Shown here: positions 28,249 through 37,241 of the stretch, one piece after another
Layout: each line of letters begins with the position of its first letter
How positions within the stretch are numbered: position 1 is the first letter of the stretch
Assembly: GCA_026394375.1 (NCBI GenBank)
Contig: JAPKYJ010000024.1
Span: 101,577 to 165,576, forward strand
DNA: 64,000 bases
Reading direction: 5' to 3'
Source of the DNA: Methanomassiliicoccales archaeon
GTDB lineage: Archaea; Thermoplasmatota; Thermoplasmata; Methanomassiliicoccales; UBA472
Position numbers and translations under genes: made by a program
The notes under the pieces: generated by a model
Told to the model about the DNA's origin: nothing
The model's input: only the letters and a program-made list of their open reading frames with translations
Databases searched by the model: none

Positions 28249-29127
28249 CTAGAGCAATGACCTCAGGATGCGCAGGAACCCAGGCACCGCGGATAGCTCC
28301 GATGCCTGATGGGGATAGATCCAACGATACTCGGTGTGTTCCCAGTCGAGTGTGACCAGATCTGTATCCACCTCGAAGAGAAAGGGATGGACGCACCACA
28401 CCCGGTCCTCGACGCGTATCGACTGGACCGGGGCCTCCTTGAGCAGCCGAGGCGATTCGACGGACACTTCCTCCCTGATCTCCTTGCTGGCGGTGTCAAT
28501 GGGCCTCTCCCCGGGCTCTATGTACCCTGAGACCCCGGCCCACATGCCCCTATTGGTCGAGACCTTGTCGCTTCGCTTCAAGGCGAGCACCTTTCCCTGG
28601 TGCACGAGGACGCAGGTGACCACCTTCGACTCCTCGACCGAAATAAGCTCGACCGATCCCTCCGATCCATCGACCTTCACCTGGTCTCCGTCTCGTAGCA
28701 ATGAGAGATCGATGGAGTCCACCATGGGCAGTCCGGCCATAATCGCACCCGTGGCCACGATCGTCTCAGCCCGCTCGTTGATGATGGCGATGGGGAGCGT
28801 GCTGTTCTTCCTCATTTGCAGAAGGGTGTATGAGCCCACGGTACTCCCTCTCCCATGGGGGAAGCCGAAAACCGTGCCCGTTATGTTCCGTCCCTCCGCT
28901 CCAGAGGTGCTGCTGAGCTTGCCGGTGTTGACATCTACCCCTCCAAGAAAGCTGAAGGCCTTTTCCAGCAGGACCAGCTCGCCTTCGCCCTTGCCATTCG
29001 ATATAGAACGCCCTCGGAGGATCAGAGGATCATCTCCAATAGAGCAGAATACGAATCGCAGACCACCTTCTGGGAGCAGAGGCCGGGAAGATAGGTGCAG
29101 GCCTTGGCCGAGTTGGTGGCGGTGCAT
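28249..29127 (-). CDS. aconitase-X small subunit (DUF126) fused to a C-terminal Nudix hydrolase domain; start codon uncertain
   Basis: DUF126-like part: ILRGRSISNGKGEGELVLLEKAFSFLGGVD...GFPHGRGSTVGSYTL...IINERAETIVATGAIMAGLPMV. Nudix box: GVSGYIEPGERPIDTASKEIREEVSV. The nearest in-frame ATG/GTG/TTG upstream of the conserved N-terminus is at 29127, 106 nt inside the large-subunit gene. Confidence 0.65.
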   Translation of the reverse strand: MHRHQLGQGLHLSSRPLLPEGGLRFVFCSIGDDPLILRGRSISNGKGEGELVLLEKAFSFLGGVDVNTGKLSSTSGAEGRNITGTVFGFPHGRGSTVGSYTLLQMRKNSTLPIAIINERAETIVATGAIMAGLPMVDSIDLSLLRDGDQVKVDGSEGSVELISVEESKVVTCVLVHQGKVLALKRSDKVSTNRGMWAGVSGYIEPGERPIDTASKEIREEVSVESPRLLKEAPVQSIRVEDRVWCVHPFLFEVDTDLVTLDWEHTEYRWIYPHQASELSAVPGFLRILRSLL

Positions 29128-30194
29128 TTGTGAGCGGGTTCGATGGGAGCAACGATCATGCAGGTGTCGCAAAGGACCTTGCCAAAGCGTTCCAGCACCG
29201 CCGTCTCCTTGGGGCACCAGGTGCGCACCGTGCGAGAGGTGCAGAACCAGACCTCTGGCGCATCGGGTCGCTTTCTCCGCCCGTCGAGCCTGGAGGCAAG
29301 CATCTTCATCTCCATCTGGGAGAGGTGCGGGCATCCTAAGGCTATGAGGTCCGGATCTCTTCCGGTGGTGAGGGAGTCCTTGGCCCGCTCTATCTCCTCT
29401 CTTCCGATCTGCACCCTCTCCAGGCTTTCGAGTTTCTGAGCGGAGGCTTTGGGCGTGATGCCTTCGACGTGGAACAACGCGACGGACCCAGCGGCCGCCA
29501 TGGCCGCCGCCATTGTCTTCAGGCCGTTCACGTCCGGGCGGATGCCTTTGAAGTAGGGCACCGCTCCCCCAAGTTTCAGTCCGACCGCATGACCGAGAAG
29601 GGAGTAGTCGGTTATCTCATCCTGGACCTCCGCCTCGATGACCACTGTGGCATGTCGGTTCTCTTCGAGGTGCAGGCCGTACATCGGGGTCTTGCCGACG
29701 ATGGCCGCTGCCAGAGCCCCAGGACCACCTTCGCGGTTCGTCCGGGCGTCCAGCACGGAGTTGACGTACGACAACGCCGAGCTCTCTGCCCAAGCGACGG
29801 TCTCCCCCTGCCTCGGTGTGTTGCCTGTCAAATAGGGAGTGCAGGTGCAGTTCGCCTCCACCCCCATCTTGGCATAGGCATCGATGATGGCGGTCTGCTT
29901 CCGGGCGAACTCCGGGCTCACACCCATCTCTCCCCATCGCTCGCGGTCCATTCCCGCGGGGTTGAGGGTGGTGCGCACCGAGACCCGGGCATTCTCTGCC
30001 ATCTGCATGAGGAAGTCGAGCCCGCCATCGCCGATGGTCTTGTAGGAAACGCCTGAGAGATGGGCGGAGGTCACGGGCACGAGCCGCTCCGCGTCATAGA
30101 TCTTTCCGATGGCCAGGAGCAGTTCCATGGCTCGTTGGGACCCAATCCCTTTCTCCCCTGCCAGAATCCGTTCTTCTTCAGCGGTCAGATACAT
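29022..30194 (-). CDS. aconitase-X large subunit (DUF521; phosphomevalonate dehydratase large subunit-like)
   Basis: 390 aa. MYLTAEEERILAGEKG...VPVTSAHLSGVSYKTIGDGGLDFL is typical of AcnX/DUF521. Confidence 0.85.
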   Translation of the reverse strand: MYLTAEEERILAGEKGIGSQRAMELLLAIGKIYDAERLVPVTSAHLSGVSYKTIGDGGLDFLMQMAENARVSVRTTLNPAGMDRERWGEMGVSPEFARKQTAIIDAYAKMGVEANCTCTPYLTGNTPRQGETVAWAESSALSYVNSVLDARTNREGGPGALAAAIVGKTPMYGLHLEENRHATVVIEAEVQDEITDYSLLGHAVGLKLGGAVPYFKGIRPDVNGLKTMAAAMAAAGSVALFHVEGITPKASAQKLESLERVQIGREEIERAKDSLTTGRDPDLIALGCPHLSQMEMKMLASRLDGRRKRPDAPEVWFCTSRTVRTWCPKETAVLERFGKVLCDTCMIVAPIEPAHKCTATNSAKACTYLPGLCSQKVVCDSYSALLEMIL

Positions 30195-30260
30195 GGCGTG
30201 GCCAAGTACCCTTTCATCGCATAAAACCCTTTTGCGCAGACCCTACGACAGCATAGGAAA

Positions 30261-30380
30261 TGGCGGGCCCGCCGAGATTTTCGTCCCCCGAAGGGGATTT
30301 CGAACTCGGGTTCGAGGCTCTCTCCGATCCGTTCCGGACCGCCGGAGGCCTCTGTGATATCCAAGCTACACTACGGGCCC
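30261..30380 (-). tRNA. tRNA-Arg(CCG) with two introns (canonical 37/38 and T-loop), CCA encoded
   Basis: Hand-folded minus-strand sequence: GGGCCCG TA GTGT AGCTTGGATA TCAC A GAGGC CTCCGG[22-nt intron]A GCCTC GAAC CCGAG TTCGAA[21-nt intron]T CTCGG CGGGCCC G CCA. Acceptor, anticodon and T stems pair perfectly once the introns are removed. Confidence 0.7.
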
Positions 30381-30515
30381 GCAGCCCACGCATGATCGAT
30401 GTCGGGGATAAACCTTGCTATGTCCAGAGCAGCAAGATGGCGCTTTTATATCGCGGACAGTATTTATATAGAGTGATGACCGCTACCCAATTGAATGTGA
30501 AGAAGGCTCAAGAGG

Positions 30516-31181
30516 TTGCTTCGAGAGAGGCGAAGCACGGTGCTGTACGCGCGGTTCGCCCTCTTCCTCCTGCTGGACGCTGGGCTGGCCTACTATTACG
30601 TCACCTCTGCCACGGCCAAGGTCGAATCAGCGAAGGACCAACTCCCGTTCAATCTCATCGATCTTCAGACCTCTCTCTCCGATATGGAGCTCTATCTAAC
30701 TAGCACAGGAGTATTTGTGCCCACGAGGAGCGGCTACTCCCAGCTGAACGTTGCCGGAACGGCAAAGGAGATCGCCCTGGGCCAGGCTAGCGACTCTGCG
30801 GCCGTGCTCACGACCGATGGGAAAGTGCAGTTCTTTCCCGCCGGAGCCTCGAATCCCGGCTTCACGGTGGCGCTCGACGGCGACCTCGCCCAGATCGGCA
30901 TCATGGAGATGTACGACCCCATGCAGTACGTGCCCATGGTGGTGTCGGTGCTAGGACACAATGGGTCGGGTGACTACCTTCTCACCCTCTCTGTGACCCA
31001 AGGAGGAAAGATCGACTTCACCCATCATTTCGAGGCCAATGTGACCTCTTTTTCGCAGTCCTCGACCGTCACCATGATGGCCTTCGGCATCGACAACGGC
31101 AAGACGCTCATGTTCCGCACCTCGGACCGCAAGATCACCAACACCATTTCCAGCCCTGGTGGCGTGGGAGAAAAGGATTAG
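30516..31181 (+). CDS. hypothetical membrane-anchored protein
   Basis: 221 aa. N-terminal TM segment (FALFLLLDAGLAYYYV) followed by a beta-rich extracytoplasmic part. No family recognised. Confidence 0.45.
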   Translation: MLRERRSTVLYARFALFLLLDAGLAYYYVTSATAKVESAKDQLPFNLIDLQTSLSDMELYLTSTGVFVPTRSGYSQLNVAGTAKEIALGQASDSAAVLTTDGKVQFFPAGASNPGFTVALDGDLAQIGIMEMYDPMQYVPMVVSVLGHNGSGDYLLTLSVTQGGKIDFTHHFEANVTSFSQSSTVTMMAFGIDNGKTLMFRTSDRKITNTISSPGGVGEKD

Positions 31182-31548
31182 GCGCCTCGGATTCGGACCC
31201 CTGTATGCCGGCATAATAGGTGTGCTGGCGGGAGCGGCCACCGCGGCCATCTTCCAGGATGCCACGGCCATCGCGTGGTTCGGTAGCGAACTGGCATATC
31301 TTGGCATAGCGGCTGCGGTTGGGACGGTGGGATGCGTACTATCCTGGAACGCCCAGGCCGGACCCCTGGGGCTGGTGCTTGGGGCGGCGGGAGGTCTGAT
31401 CTCCTCCGTTCCCATCTCCATCGTGGCCGCCTTCCTCTTGTGGTCTTATGGCTACATTGTTCCAGGGCAGGACCCGATCATCGGAAGCGCGCTCAATGGG
31501 ATCGGGACCGGCTTCTGGGGCGGATTGGTCGGTGGGGCCGCGGGTTAA
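31159..31548 (+). CDS. hypothetical Gly/Ala-rich integral membrane protein
   Basis: 129 aa with four hydrophobic segments. Overlaps the preceding gene by 23 nt on the same strand. Confidence 0.45.
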   Translation: MAWEKRIRRLGFGPLYAGIIGVLAGAATAAIFQDATAIAWFGSELAYLGIAAAVGTVGCVLSWNAQAGPLGLVLGAAGGLISSVPISIVAAFLLWSYGYIVPGQDPIIGSALNGIGTGFWGGLVGGAAG

Positions 31549-31661
31549 GTCGCCACCCGGTTCGTGAAGTAGGTGCTCGAGGACCGAAATCATCGAGCGG
31601 TGACCTGGGTAGAAATGGGGGATCGAACTCGAGAGTAAAAGAAGGAACGATTTCTTTGTGA

Positions 31662-31856
31662 TCACTTCTTCCTGAACTCGGTGTATCCGCACTTGCCGCA
31701 GGCGAGGCGATTCTCGTGCTCGCCCAGGAATACTCCCGGTCCGCATTTGGGGCAGTGCTTCCTCTTCCGCTCCAGCTTGCCTTCCTTGTTCACGGCGTAG
31801 CTGTCCTTCTTCGATTTCCTGGGCGTCTTCGGGCCCTTCTCTTTCTTCTCTGCCAA
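31662..31856 (-). CDS. rps27ae: 30S ribosomal protein S27ae (eS31)
   Basis: 64 aa. Basic N-terminus plus zinc ribbon [23 protein letters not shown]. Confidence 0.9.
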   Translation of the reverse strand: MAEKKEKGPKTPRKSKKDSYAVNKEGKLERKRKHCPKCGPGVFLGEHENRLACGKCGYTEFRKK

Positions 31857-31867
31857 TCAGATCACCT

Positions 31868-32200
31868 TCACTTCGCCTTGGGGGCAGCTCTCGTCTTGGG
31901 GGCTGCCTTGTCCTTCACCTTCTTCTCCGCCATCTTATTGCGGACCAGCTGGTGATGGCGCTCAGAACGATTGATGGCCTCTGGGCTCTCATACACCTTG
32001 GCGTAGCCGCGGCTTATTCCCACCCCATACTCTGAGTCCATGTGGTCGATGATGACCCGGTCCTTGGAAACGTCCATCATGCTGGCCATGCTGGACTGCA
32101 CCGCCTCCCGGGTGGGCGTGGGCTCTCCCGCGTGCTCCACGGAAAAGACCACTTCGATGCGTTCCTGAAGCTGGTTCTCTTTCTTACTCTCGATGTTCAT
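31868..32200 (-). CDS. rps24e: 30S ribosomal protein S24e
   Basis: 110 aa from the internal Met (MNIESKKENQLQERIEVVFSVEHAGEPTPTREAV...GYAKVYES). The ORF-track N-terminal extension overlaps the upstream gene. Confidence 0.9.
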   Translation of the reverse strand: MNIESKKENQLQERIEVVFSVEHAGEPTPTREAVQSSMASMMDVSKDRVIIDHMDSEYGVGISRGYAKVYESPEAINRSERHHQLVRNKMAEKKVKDKAAPKTRAAPKAK

Positions 32201-32202
32201 CT

Positions 32203-32700
32203 TCAAATCGATTCCTCCATTGAGTTCATGAACTTCTTCGCCTTCTGCCTGACGCCCTCGTCCACATTGACGAAGACGATCCCTTTGCCAGGGAGCCCGT
32301 AGAGCACGCAGCTGCCGTCGGGCGCGACCGCGGCGCATACCAAGGCCGCCAGGTCCTCTTCTCCCTCCACTCGCAACTTCGTGACCTCTTTGCTAGCGAA
32401 CGATTCCTCGATCGCCCGAACCATCTCGGGCATGATACGTCCCGCGGGATTGCGGACCAATACGTCCGTCCCTTGCACTCGGCCAAGAGCGCCCTGAAGC
32501 GAGTCCGTTCGCTCTCGACGCGTGGCCAGGTCGAATATGATAGTTCTCGGAACGACGCCGTTCTCGAGCATGCGCAGGGAGATCACATCGCCCACGGTGA
32601 TCAAACGCGAGCACTTGACCGCCTTCTGCAGCGCCGTGCTCTCGTCCAACAGTTCTCCGAAAGGCATGACCAGTTCTCCCCTCATTCTATCCGGCAACAT
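32203..32700 (-). CDS. DUF359 protein (GTP-dependent dephospho-CoA kinase family)
   Basis: ITVGDVIS and VEGEEDLAALVCAAVAPDGSCVLYGLPGKGIVFV motifs. Conserved archaeal position between spt4 and rps24e. The start is taken at the internal Met. Confidence 0.7.
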   Translation of the reverse strand: MLPDRMRGELVMPFGELLDESTALQKAVKCSRLITVGDVISLRMLENGVVPRTIIFDLATRRERTDSLQGALGRVQGTDVLVRNPAGRIMPEMVRAIEESFASKEVTKLRVEGEEDLAALVCAAVAPDGSCVLYGLPGKGIVFVNVDEGVRQKAKKFMNSMEESI

Positions 32701-32725
32701 CAGTCCCTTAGCGGGCAGGCGCAAT

Positions 32726-32911
32726 CTAGCGCACCCTGAGGGCGAATTTGCCGTTGACATTGATATGCATCCTCTTGGCGATCTCTGACCGGGTGTGATC
32801 CAGGATGATCACGTAGCCCTGCCATTCCTTCGAAGTGGTGTTCCCGCACAATGGGCAGGTGTCCTCTTCGGTGATGAAGCTGCAATGCTTGCAGGCCTTC
32901 TGGACCTTCAT
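32726..32911 (-). CDS. spt4: transcription elongation factor Spt4 (RpoE'')
   Basis: 61 aa. Zinc ribbon CKHCSFITEEDTCPLCG followed by WQGYVIILD. Confidence 0.85.
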   Translation of the reverse strand: MKVQKACKHCSFITEEDTCPLCGNTTSKEWQGYVIILDHTRSEIAKRMHINVNGKFALRVR

Positions 32912-33474
32912 GCCGCCTTCTCCCCCTTCTTCTTACGATCCTCTTCCAGCCACTCCATCTTGCCCATGCCCGGCTGCCGCATGGTCAGACCTATCTTGCT
33001 CTCCCGGGGGTTTCGCTCGTTCATGGACAGGGCCACGATCCTGGCCCGGACCCGATCCCCGACCCTGAGGTCGCGCTTGGTGTCCTTGCCTAGCAGCCTC
33101 TGGTTCACATCGTCGATGTCGATGCGATCGTCCATGATCTGGGAGATATGCAATAGCCCATCCAGAGGGCCGAAGCGCACGAAGGCGCCGAACTTGAGCA
33201 CCTCCACCACGTTTCCTTCCACGACCTCCTGCAGCACCGGCCGAAAGATGAGCGATTCGAACGCCACCTTCTGATACACCGCCCCGTCCCCGTGGACGAT
33301 GCGACCCGGGCCCTCGCACTTGATGTTGCGCACGAGCACGGTGAGCGAGTCGCTCCCCTCCACCTTGCCCTCAAAGGACTCGCGGGCGAGCTGTTCTACC
33401 GTCTGATCAATATCTTCACCCAGACGATCAGGGGGGATGCGCACAACCTTCTCTCGCTGCGCTAGCAAATACAT
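32908..33474 (-). CDS. rpo7: DNA-directed RNA polymerase subunit E' (Rpo7) with an S1 domain
   Basis: 188 aa. Rpo7 N-domain, then an S1 fold (VVEGNVVEVLKFGAFVRFGPLDGLLHISQI). 4-nt overlap with spt4. Confidence 0.9.
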   Translation of the reverse strand: MYLLAQREKVVRIPPDRLGEDIDQTVEQLARESFEGKVEGSDSLTVLVRNIKCEGPGRIVHGDGAVYQKVAFESLIFRPVLQEVVEGNVVEVLKFGAFVRFGPLDGLLHISQIMDDRIDIDDVNQRLLGKDTKRDLRVGDRVRARIVALSMNERNPRESKIGLTMRQPGMGKMEWLEEDRKKKGEKAA

Positions 33475-33511
33475 AGGTTACCCTCTCGGCGAGTGTTGCA
33501 TACGCCAACCC

Positions 33512-33520
33512 TTATATAAA
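33512..33520 (-). promoter_or_regulatory. TATA-box-like element upstream of the rpo7-spt4-DUF359-rps24e-rps27ae operon
   Basis: TTATATAAA lies about 40 nt upstream of the rpo7 start codon in an otherwise GC-rich context. Confidence 0.35.
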
Positions 33521-33599
33521 GGTTCACTGAAGCGGAACGAGGCCCAGACTCATCTGGACGAGGAAGAAAAAGAAGAAGAACGAAAGAGGTTCAAGGGGT

Positions 33600-35762
33600 C
33601 TAGGGCGCCACCACGAAGATCGAGGCAAAGACCAGGGTGATGGTGGAGAGCAGCTTCACCAGCACGTGCAGGGAAGGTCCAGCGGTGTCCTTGAAAGGAT
33701 CGCCGACCGTGTCGCCCACGACCGCAGCAGCGTGCACCGGGGTGCGCTTCAATCCCTTAGCCTCGATGTACTTCTTGCCGTTGTCCCAGGCGCCACCGCC
33801 GTTGTTCATGAGCAGGGCCATGAGCACTCCAGTAATGGTCCCGACCATGAGCAAGGCTCCGACCGATTGGTAGGGGATGTCCGTATTGCCGGTGTAGGCG
33901 AAGCGCATGATCAGACCCAAGCTCACCGGGACGACCACGGGCAGGATGCCCGGAAGGATCATGGCCTTCAAGGCGCCCTTGGTGCTGATGTCCACGCATC
34001 GGGCGTAGTCCGGCTTATCGTTGCCTGCCAGGATGTTCGGGTTCTCCCTGAACTGGCGGCGCACCTCGGCGATCATGTCGCCCGCAGCCTTTCCCACCGC
34101 CCTGATGGCCAGGGCGGAGAACAGGAATACGAGCATGCCACCGATGAGCGCCCCCACGAACACTGGTGGGTTGGCTATGTTCACGACGAAGACATCGTAG
34201 GGGGTCTTGTGCAGGATCTCCGCCACCTTGTCGAAGTAGGCGCCGAAGAGCAGAAAGGCTGCCAGAGCGGCAGAGCCCATCGCATAGCCCTTGGTGAGCG
34301 CCTTGGTGGTGTTGCCGATGGAGTCCAACCTATCGGTCCGCTTGCGGATATCCTCGGGCTGGTCCGACATCTCCACGATGCCGCCCGCGTTGTCCGTGAT
34401 GGGACCAAAAGTGTCCTCGGCCAAGATGAACGCGCAGGTGGCCAGCATTCCCATGGTCGCCACGGCCGTGCCATACAGACCGAAGACGAAGGTCATGCTA
34501 ACATCGGCGGGATTGGGCGAGGCCATCTGGCCTAGGGCGAAGGAGCCGAGCAGAGCGACGGCGATGCTGATGATGGGCAGCGCCGTGGTCTCCAGACCGA
34601 CAGCGAACCCAGTTATGATATTGGTCGCCGCTCCGGTCTCGGAAGCTTTCGCGATCTCTCTGACCGGTCGATACTCGCCAGAGGTGTAGTACTGCGTGAT
34701 GTACACTATGGCGATGCTGAGAATGATGCCGATGATGCCGCAGATCATGAAGTATATCCAGTTCGGACCGAGCAAGACGCTCGCGGAATAGGCAAAGAAC
34801 GCGGCTGCGATGACGGCCGTGATGTAATATCCCCGGTTCAAGGCCTTCATCGGGTTCTCGTTCTCATTCCTTAGCTTGACGGTCATTATGCCGACAATAC
34901 CAGCAAGCAGACCGAAGGCTCGAACGATGAGCGGGAAGAGCACGAAGCCGACCATGCCCGTGACCGCGTAGACCGAGAAACCGAGAATCATCGCACCGAT
35001 GTTCTCGGCAGCGGTGGACTCGAAGAGGTCAGCCCCACGTCCGGCACAGTCGCCCACGTTGTCCCCGACCAGGTCAGCGATGACCGCGGGGTTCTTGGGG
35101 GAGTCCTCGGGAATGCCCACCTCTACCTTGCCGACCAGGTCAGCTCCCACATCCGCTGCCTTGGTGTAGATCCCTCCCCCTAACTGCGCGAAGAGGGCAG
35201 CGAAAGAGGCGCCAAAGGCGTATCCAACGGCGGCAAACAGAGCCGCCTGGATTCCACCATCGGTCCCGGGAATGGAACCAGTGGGAGCGGGAGCGTTAGG
35301 GAAGATGAAGACCCAGAACAGGAAGAACACGCCGGCGACGCCTATAAGGCTCAAGGTCACGACTGCGACGCCCGACACCGCACCACCTCGGAACGAGGTC
35401 TGTAGCGCCTCGTTCAGGGTGCGTCGGGCCGCGCTCGCCGTCCGGACGTTCGCGTTCACGGACACATACATCCCAATGTATCCCGACAGGACCGAGCAGA
35501 AGGCGCCTATCAGGAAAGCCGCACCAGTCTGCCAATTGATGCCAACGGTTATGATGGCACCCAATATGACGCTGATGACGCTGATCGTCTTGTACTGGCG
35601 TGCAAGATAGGCCATGGCACCTTCGCGAATGGCGTCCCCGATCGCCCTCATTTCGGGCGTCCCGGTATCCTTCTTGAAGATACTTCGGGTGAGGAGCCCC
35701 ACGAAGATGAGACCTATGATGCCCGCCACGGGTATTGAGTAGACCAGTGGATCCAATTGCAT
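33600..35762 (-). CDS. hppA: membrane-bound ion-translocating pyrophosphatase
   Basis: 720 aa polytopic protein. GGGIYTKAADVGADLVGKVE, DNVGDCAGRGADLFES and VGDTVGDPFKDTAGPS motifs. Confidence 0.95.
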   Translation of the reverse strand: MQLDPLVYSIPVAGIIGLIFVGLLTRSIFKKDTGTPEMRAIGDAIREGAMAYLARQYKTISVISVILGAIITVGINWQTGAAFLIGAFCSVLSGYIGMYVSVNANVRTASAARRTLNEALQTSFRGGAVSGVAVVTLSLIGVAGVFFLFWVFIFPNAPAPTGSIPGTDGGIQAALFAAVGYAFGASFAALFAQLGGGIYTKAADVGADLVGKVEVGIPEDSPKNPAVIADLVGDNVGDCAGRGADLFESTAAENIGAMILGFSVYAVTGMVGFVLFPLIVRAFGLLAGIVGIMTVKLRNENENPMKALNRGYYITAVIAAAFFAYSASVLLGPNWIYFMICGIIGIILSIAIVYITQYYTSGEYRPVREIAKASETGAATNIITGFAVGLETTALPIISIAVALLGSFALGQMASPNPADVSMTFVFGLYGTAVATMGMLATCAFILAEDTFGPITDNAGGIVEMSDQPEDIRKRTDRLDSIGNTTKALTKGYAMGSAALAAFLLFGAYFDKVAEILHKTPYDVFVVNIANPPVFVGALIGGMLVFLFSALAIRAVGKAAGDMIAEVRRQFRENPNILAGNDKPDYARCVDISTKGALKAMILPGILPVVVPVSLGLIMRFAYTGNTDIPYQSVGALLMVGTITGVLMALLMNNGGGAWDNGKKYIEAKGLKRTPVHAAAVVGDTVGDPFKDTAGPSLHVLVKLLSTITLVFASIFVVAP

Positions 35763-35939
35763 AAGTCAAACCTCTTTATATGGGGGTTTTTACGCGGTAA
35801 TGCTAATCCCCGTATAAATGTGTTACCGCCCTTGGCCGAACGTATTGGTACGTCTGGATTGCCACGTCGCGCCAAGACCTGACAGTGAAGGGCGGCAGGG
35901 CGCTCTCTTTTTCTGCCCGCAGAGCTCTACCAAGCAGTC

Positions 35940-37241
35940 GTGGTCAATGATATCGAATTCCTCTACCACCTGATCATCGCGGCGGGGGTAGGGGCTCTGG
36001 TGGGCGTGGAGAGGGAGCACCACAAGGGCGATGACGTCATCATCGCTGGCATCCGCACTTTCCCCCTGGTCTCGCTATTGGGCTTCATGCTCGCTTTCCT
36101 AGGCAGGAACGGCAACGCCTTGGGAGTGGACGGAGGAGGGTCGTTGAACCTGGCCGTGCTCATCGGGCTGCCCATCGTGGGAGCCTTGGCCGTGGGCCTG
36201 CTCTACATCCGCTTTCAGATAGGCGCACCTGGTCTGACCACCCCCTTCGCTCTGGTGCTCACCTACATCAGCGGCGTCCTGGTCGGCTACGGCCTGATCA
36301 TGGAAGCGGTCGTGCTCTCCGTCACCATCACCTTCCTTTTAGTCTCCAAGCGCAGGCTGCATAAGTTCGCCCAAGTCCTGGACGATGAGGAGCTCATCTC
36401 CGCCCTGCAGTTCATCACGGTGGCGTTCATCGTCTACCCGCTGACGCTGCAAATCGCCCTTCCCGCCCCTTACGATGTGTTCAACCGGGGAATGGCGCTG
36501 GACATCAGTTCCCTCTTTCTGATAGTCATCTTCGTCTCCTCGATCTCCTTCGTATCCTTCCTCCTCATCCGCTGGAAGGGAGCTTCGTTGGGCATGAAGT
36601 ACTCCGGCCTTCTCGGAGGACTGGTCAGCTCGGAGGCGGCGACCATTTCCCTCTCCAATCTGGCGAAGCAGAAGAACGAGCTGGTCACGACCGCAGCGGC
36701 GGGCATCCTCATGGCCAACGCCACCATGTTCGTGCGGGACCTGGCAATCTGTGGCTTCGCCGATCCCAGTCTGGCCACGGCCACCATCCTCGCCCTGCCG
36801 TTGGTGCTTTTGTTCGGGGTGAACATGCTGCTCGGCCTGACCTTCAAGGTGCAGCAAAGCAAGGCGGAGCTGGAGGTCCGCTCGCCCTTCTCCATCGGTC
36901 CGGCGCTGAAATTCGGGGCGTTCTTCGTGGCCATATCAGCCATGGACGTTCTGATCCAGGACTTGTTCGGCAGCCAAGCGATCTACCTGATCGCCCTGGG
37001 CGGCCTGGTCTCATCGGCGGCGGTGGTGGCCTCGGTGTCCACTCTAGCTTTCGTCGGTACGATCGACCCGTGGACCGCAGCGGTCACGGCCATCCTGGCC
37101 ACGGCCATCTCCTCAATCAATAAGCTGGTCCTGTCCCGGGCCACCTGCCAGGATGTGTCCAAGGCGGTCCTGGGACGCATGACCCTGGTGGCAGCGCTGG
37201 CCATAGTGCTGACGGTAATGGTCCTGGTGCTCAGAATCTAG
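35940..37241 (+). CDS. MgtC/SapB-family plus DUF4010-like integral membrane protein
   Basis: 433 aa polytopic protein with an MgtC-like N-terminus (AAGVGALVGVEREHHK...AGIRTFPLVSLLG). Confidence 0.65.
   Translation: MVNDIEFLYHLIIAAGVGALVGVEREHHKGDDVIIAGIRTFPLVSLLGFMLAFLGRNGNALGVDGGGSLNLAVLIGLPIVGALAVGLLYIRFQIGAPGLTTPFALVLTYISGVLVGYGLIMEAVVLSVTITFLLVSKRRLHKFAQVLDDEELISALQFITVAFIVYPLTLQIALPAPYDVFNRGMALDISSLFLIVIFVSSISFVSFLLIRWKGASLGMKYSGLLGGLVSSEAATISLSNLAKQKNELVTTAAAGILMANATMFVRDLAICGFADPSLATATILALPLVLLFGVNMLLGLTFKVQQSKAELEVRSPFSIGPALKFGAFFVAISAMDVLIQDLFGSQAIYLIALGGLVSSAAVVASVSTLAFVGTIDPWTAAVTAILATAISSINKLVLSRATCQDVSKAVLGRMTLVAALAIVLTVMVLVLRI

Noticed and set aside
28249-29334. Full 361-aa ORF as the AcnX small-subunit/Nudix gene
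   Set aside because: The first ~100 aa overlap the large-subunit coding region in another frame and are Arg/His/Gly-rich. The conserved DUF126 N-terminus begins near 29050.
30109-30703. ORFs 30109-30357 and 30260-30703 as protein genes
   Set aside because: They run across the intron-containing tRNA-Arg and the intergenic region, and their translations are low complexity.
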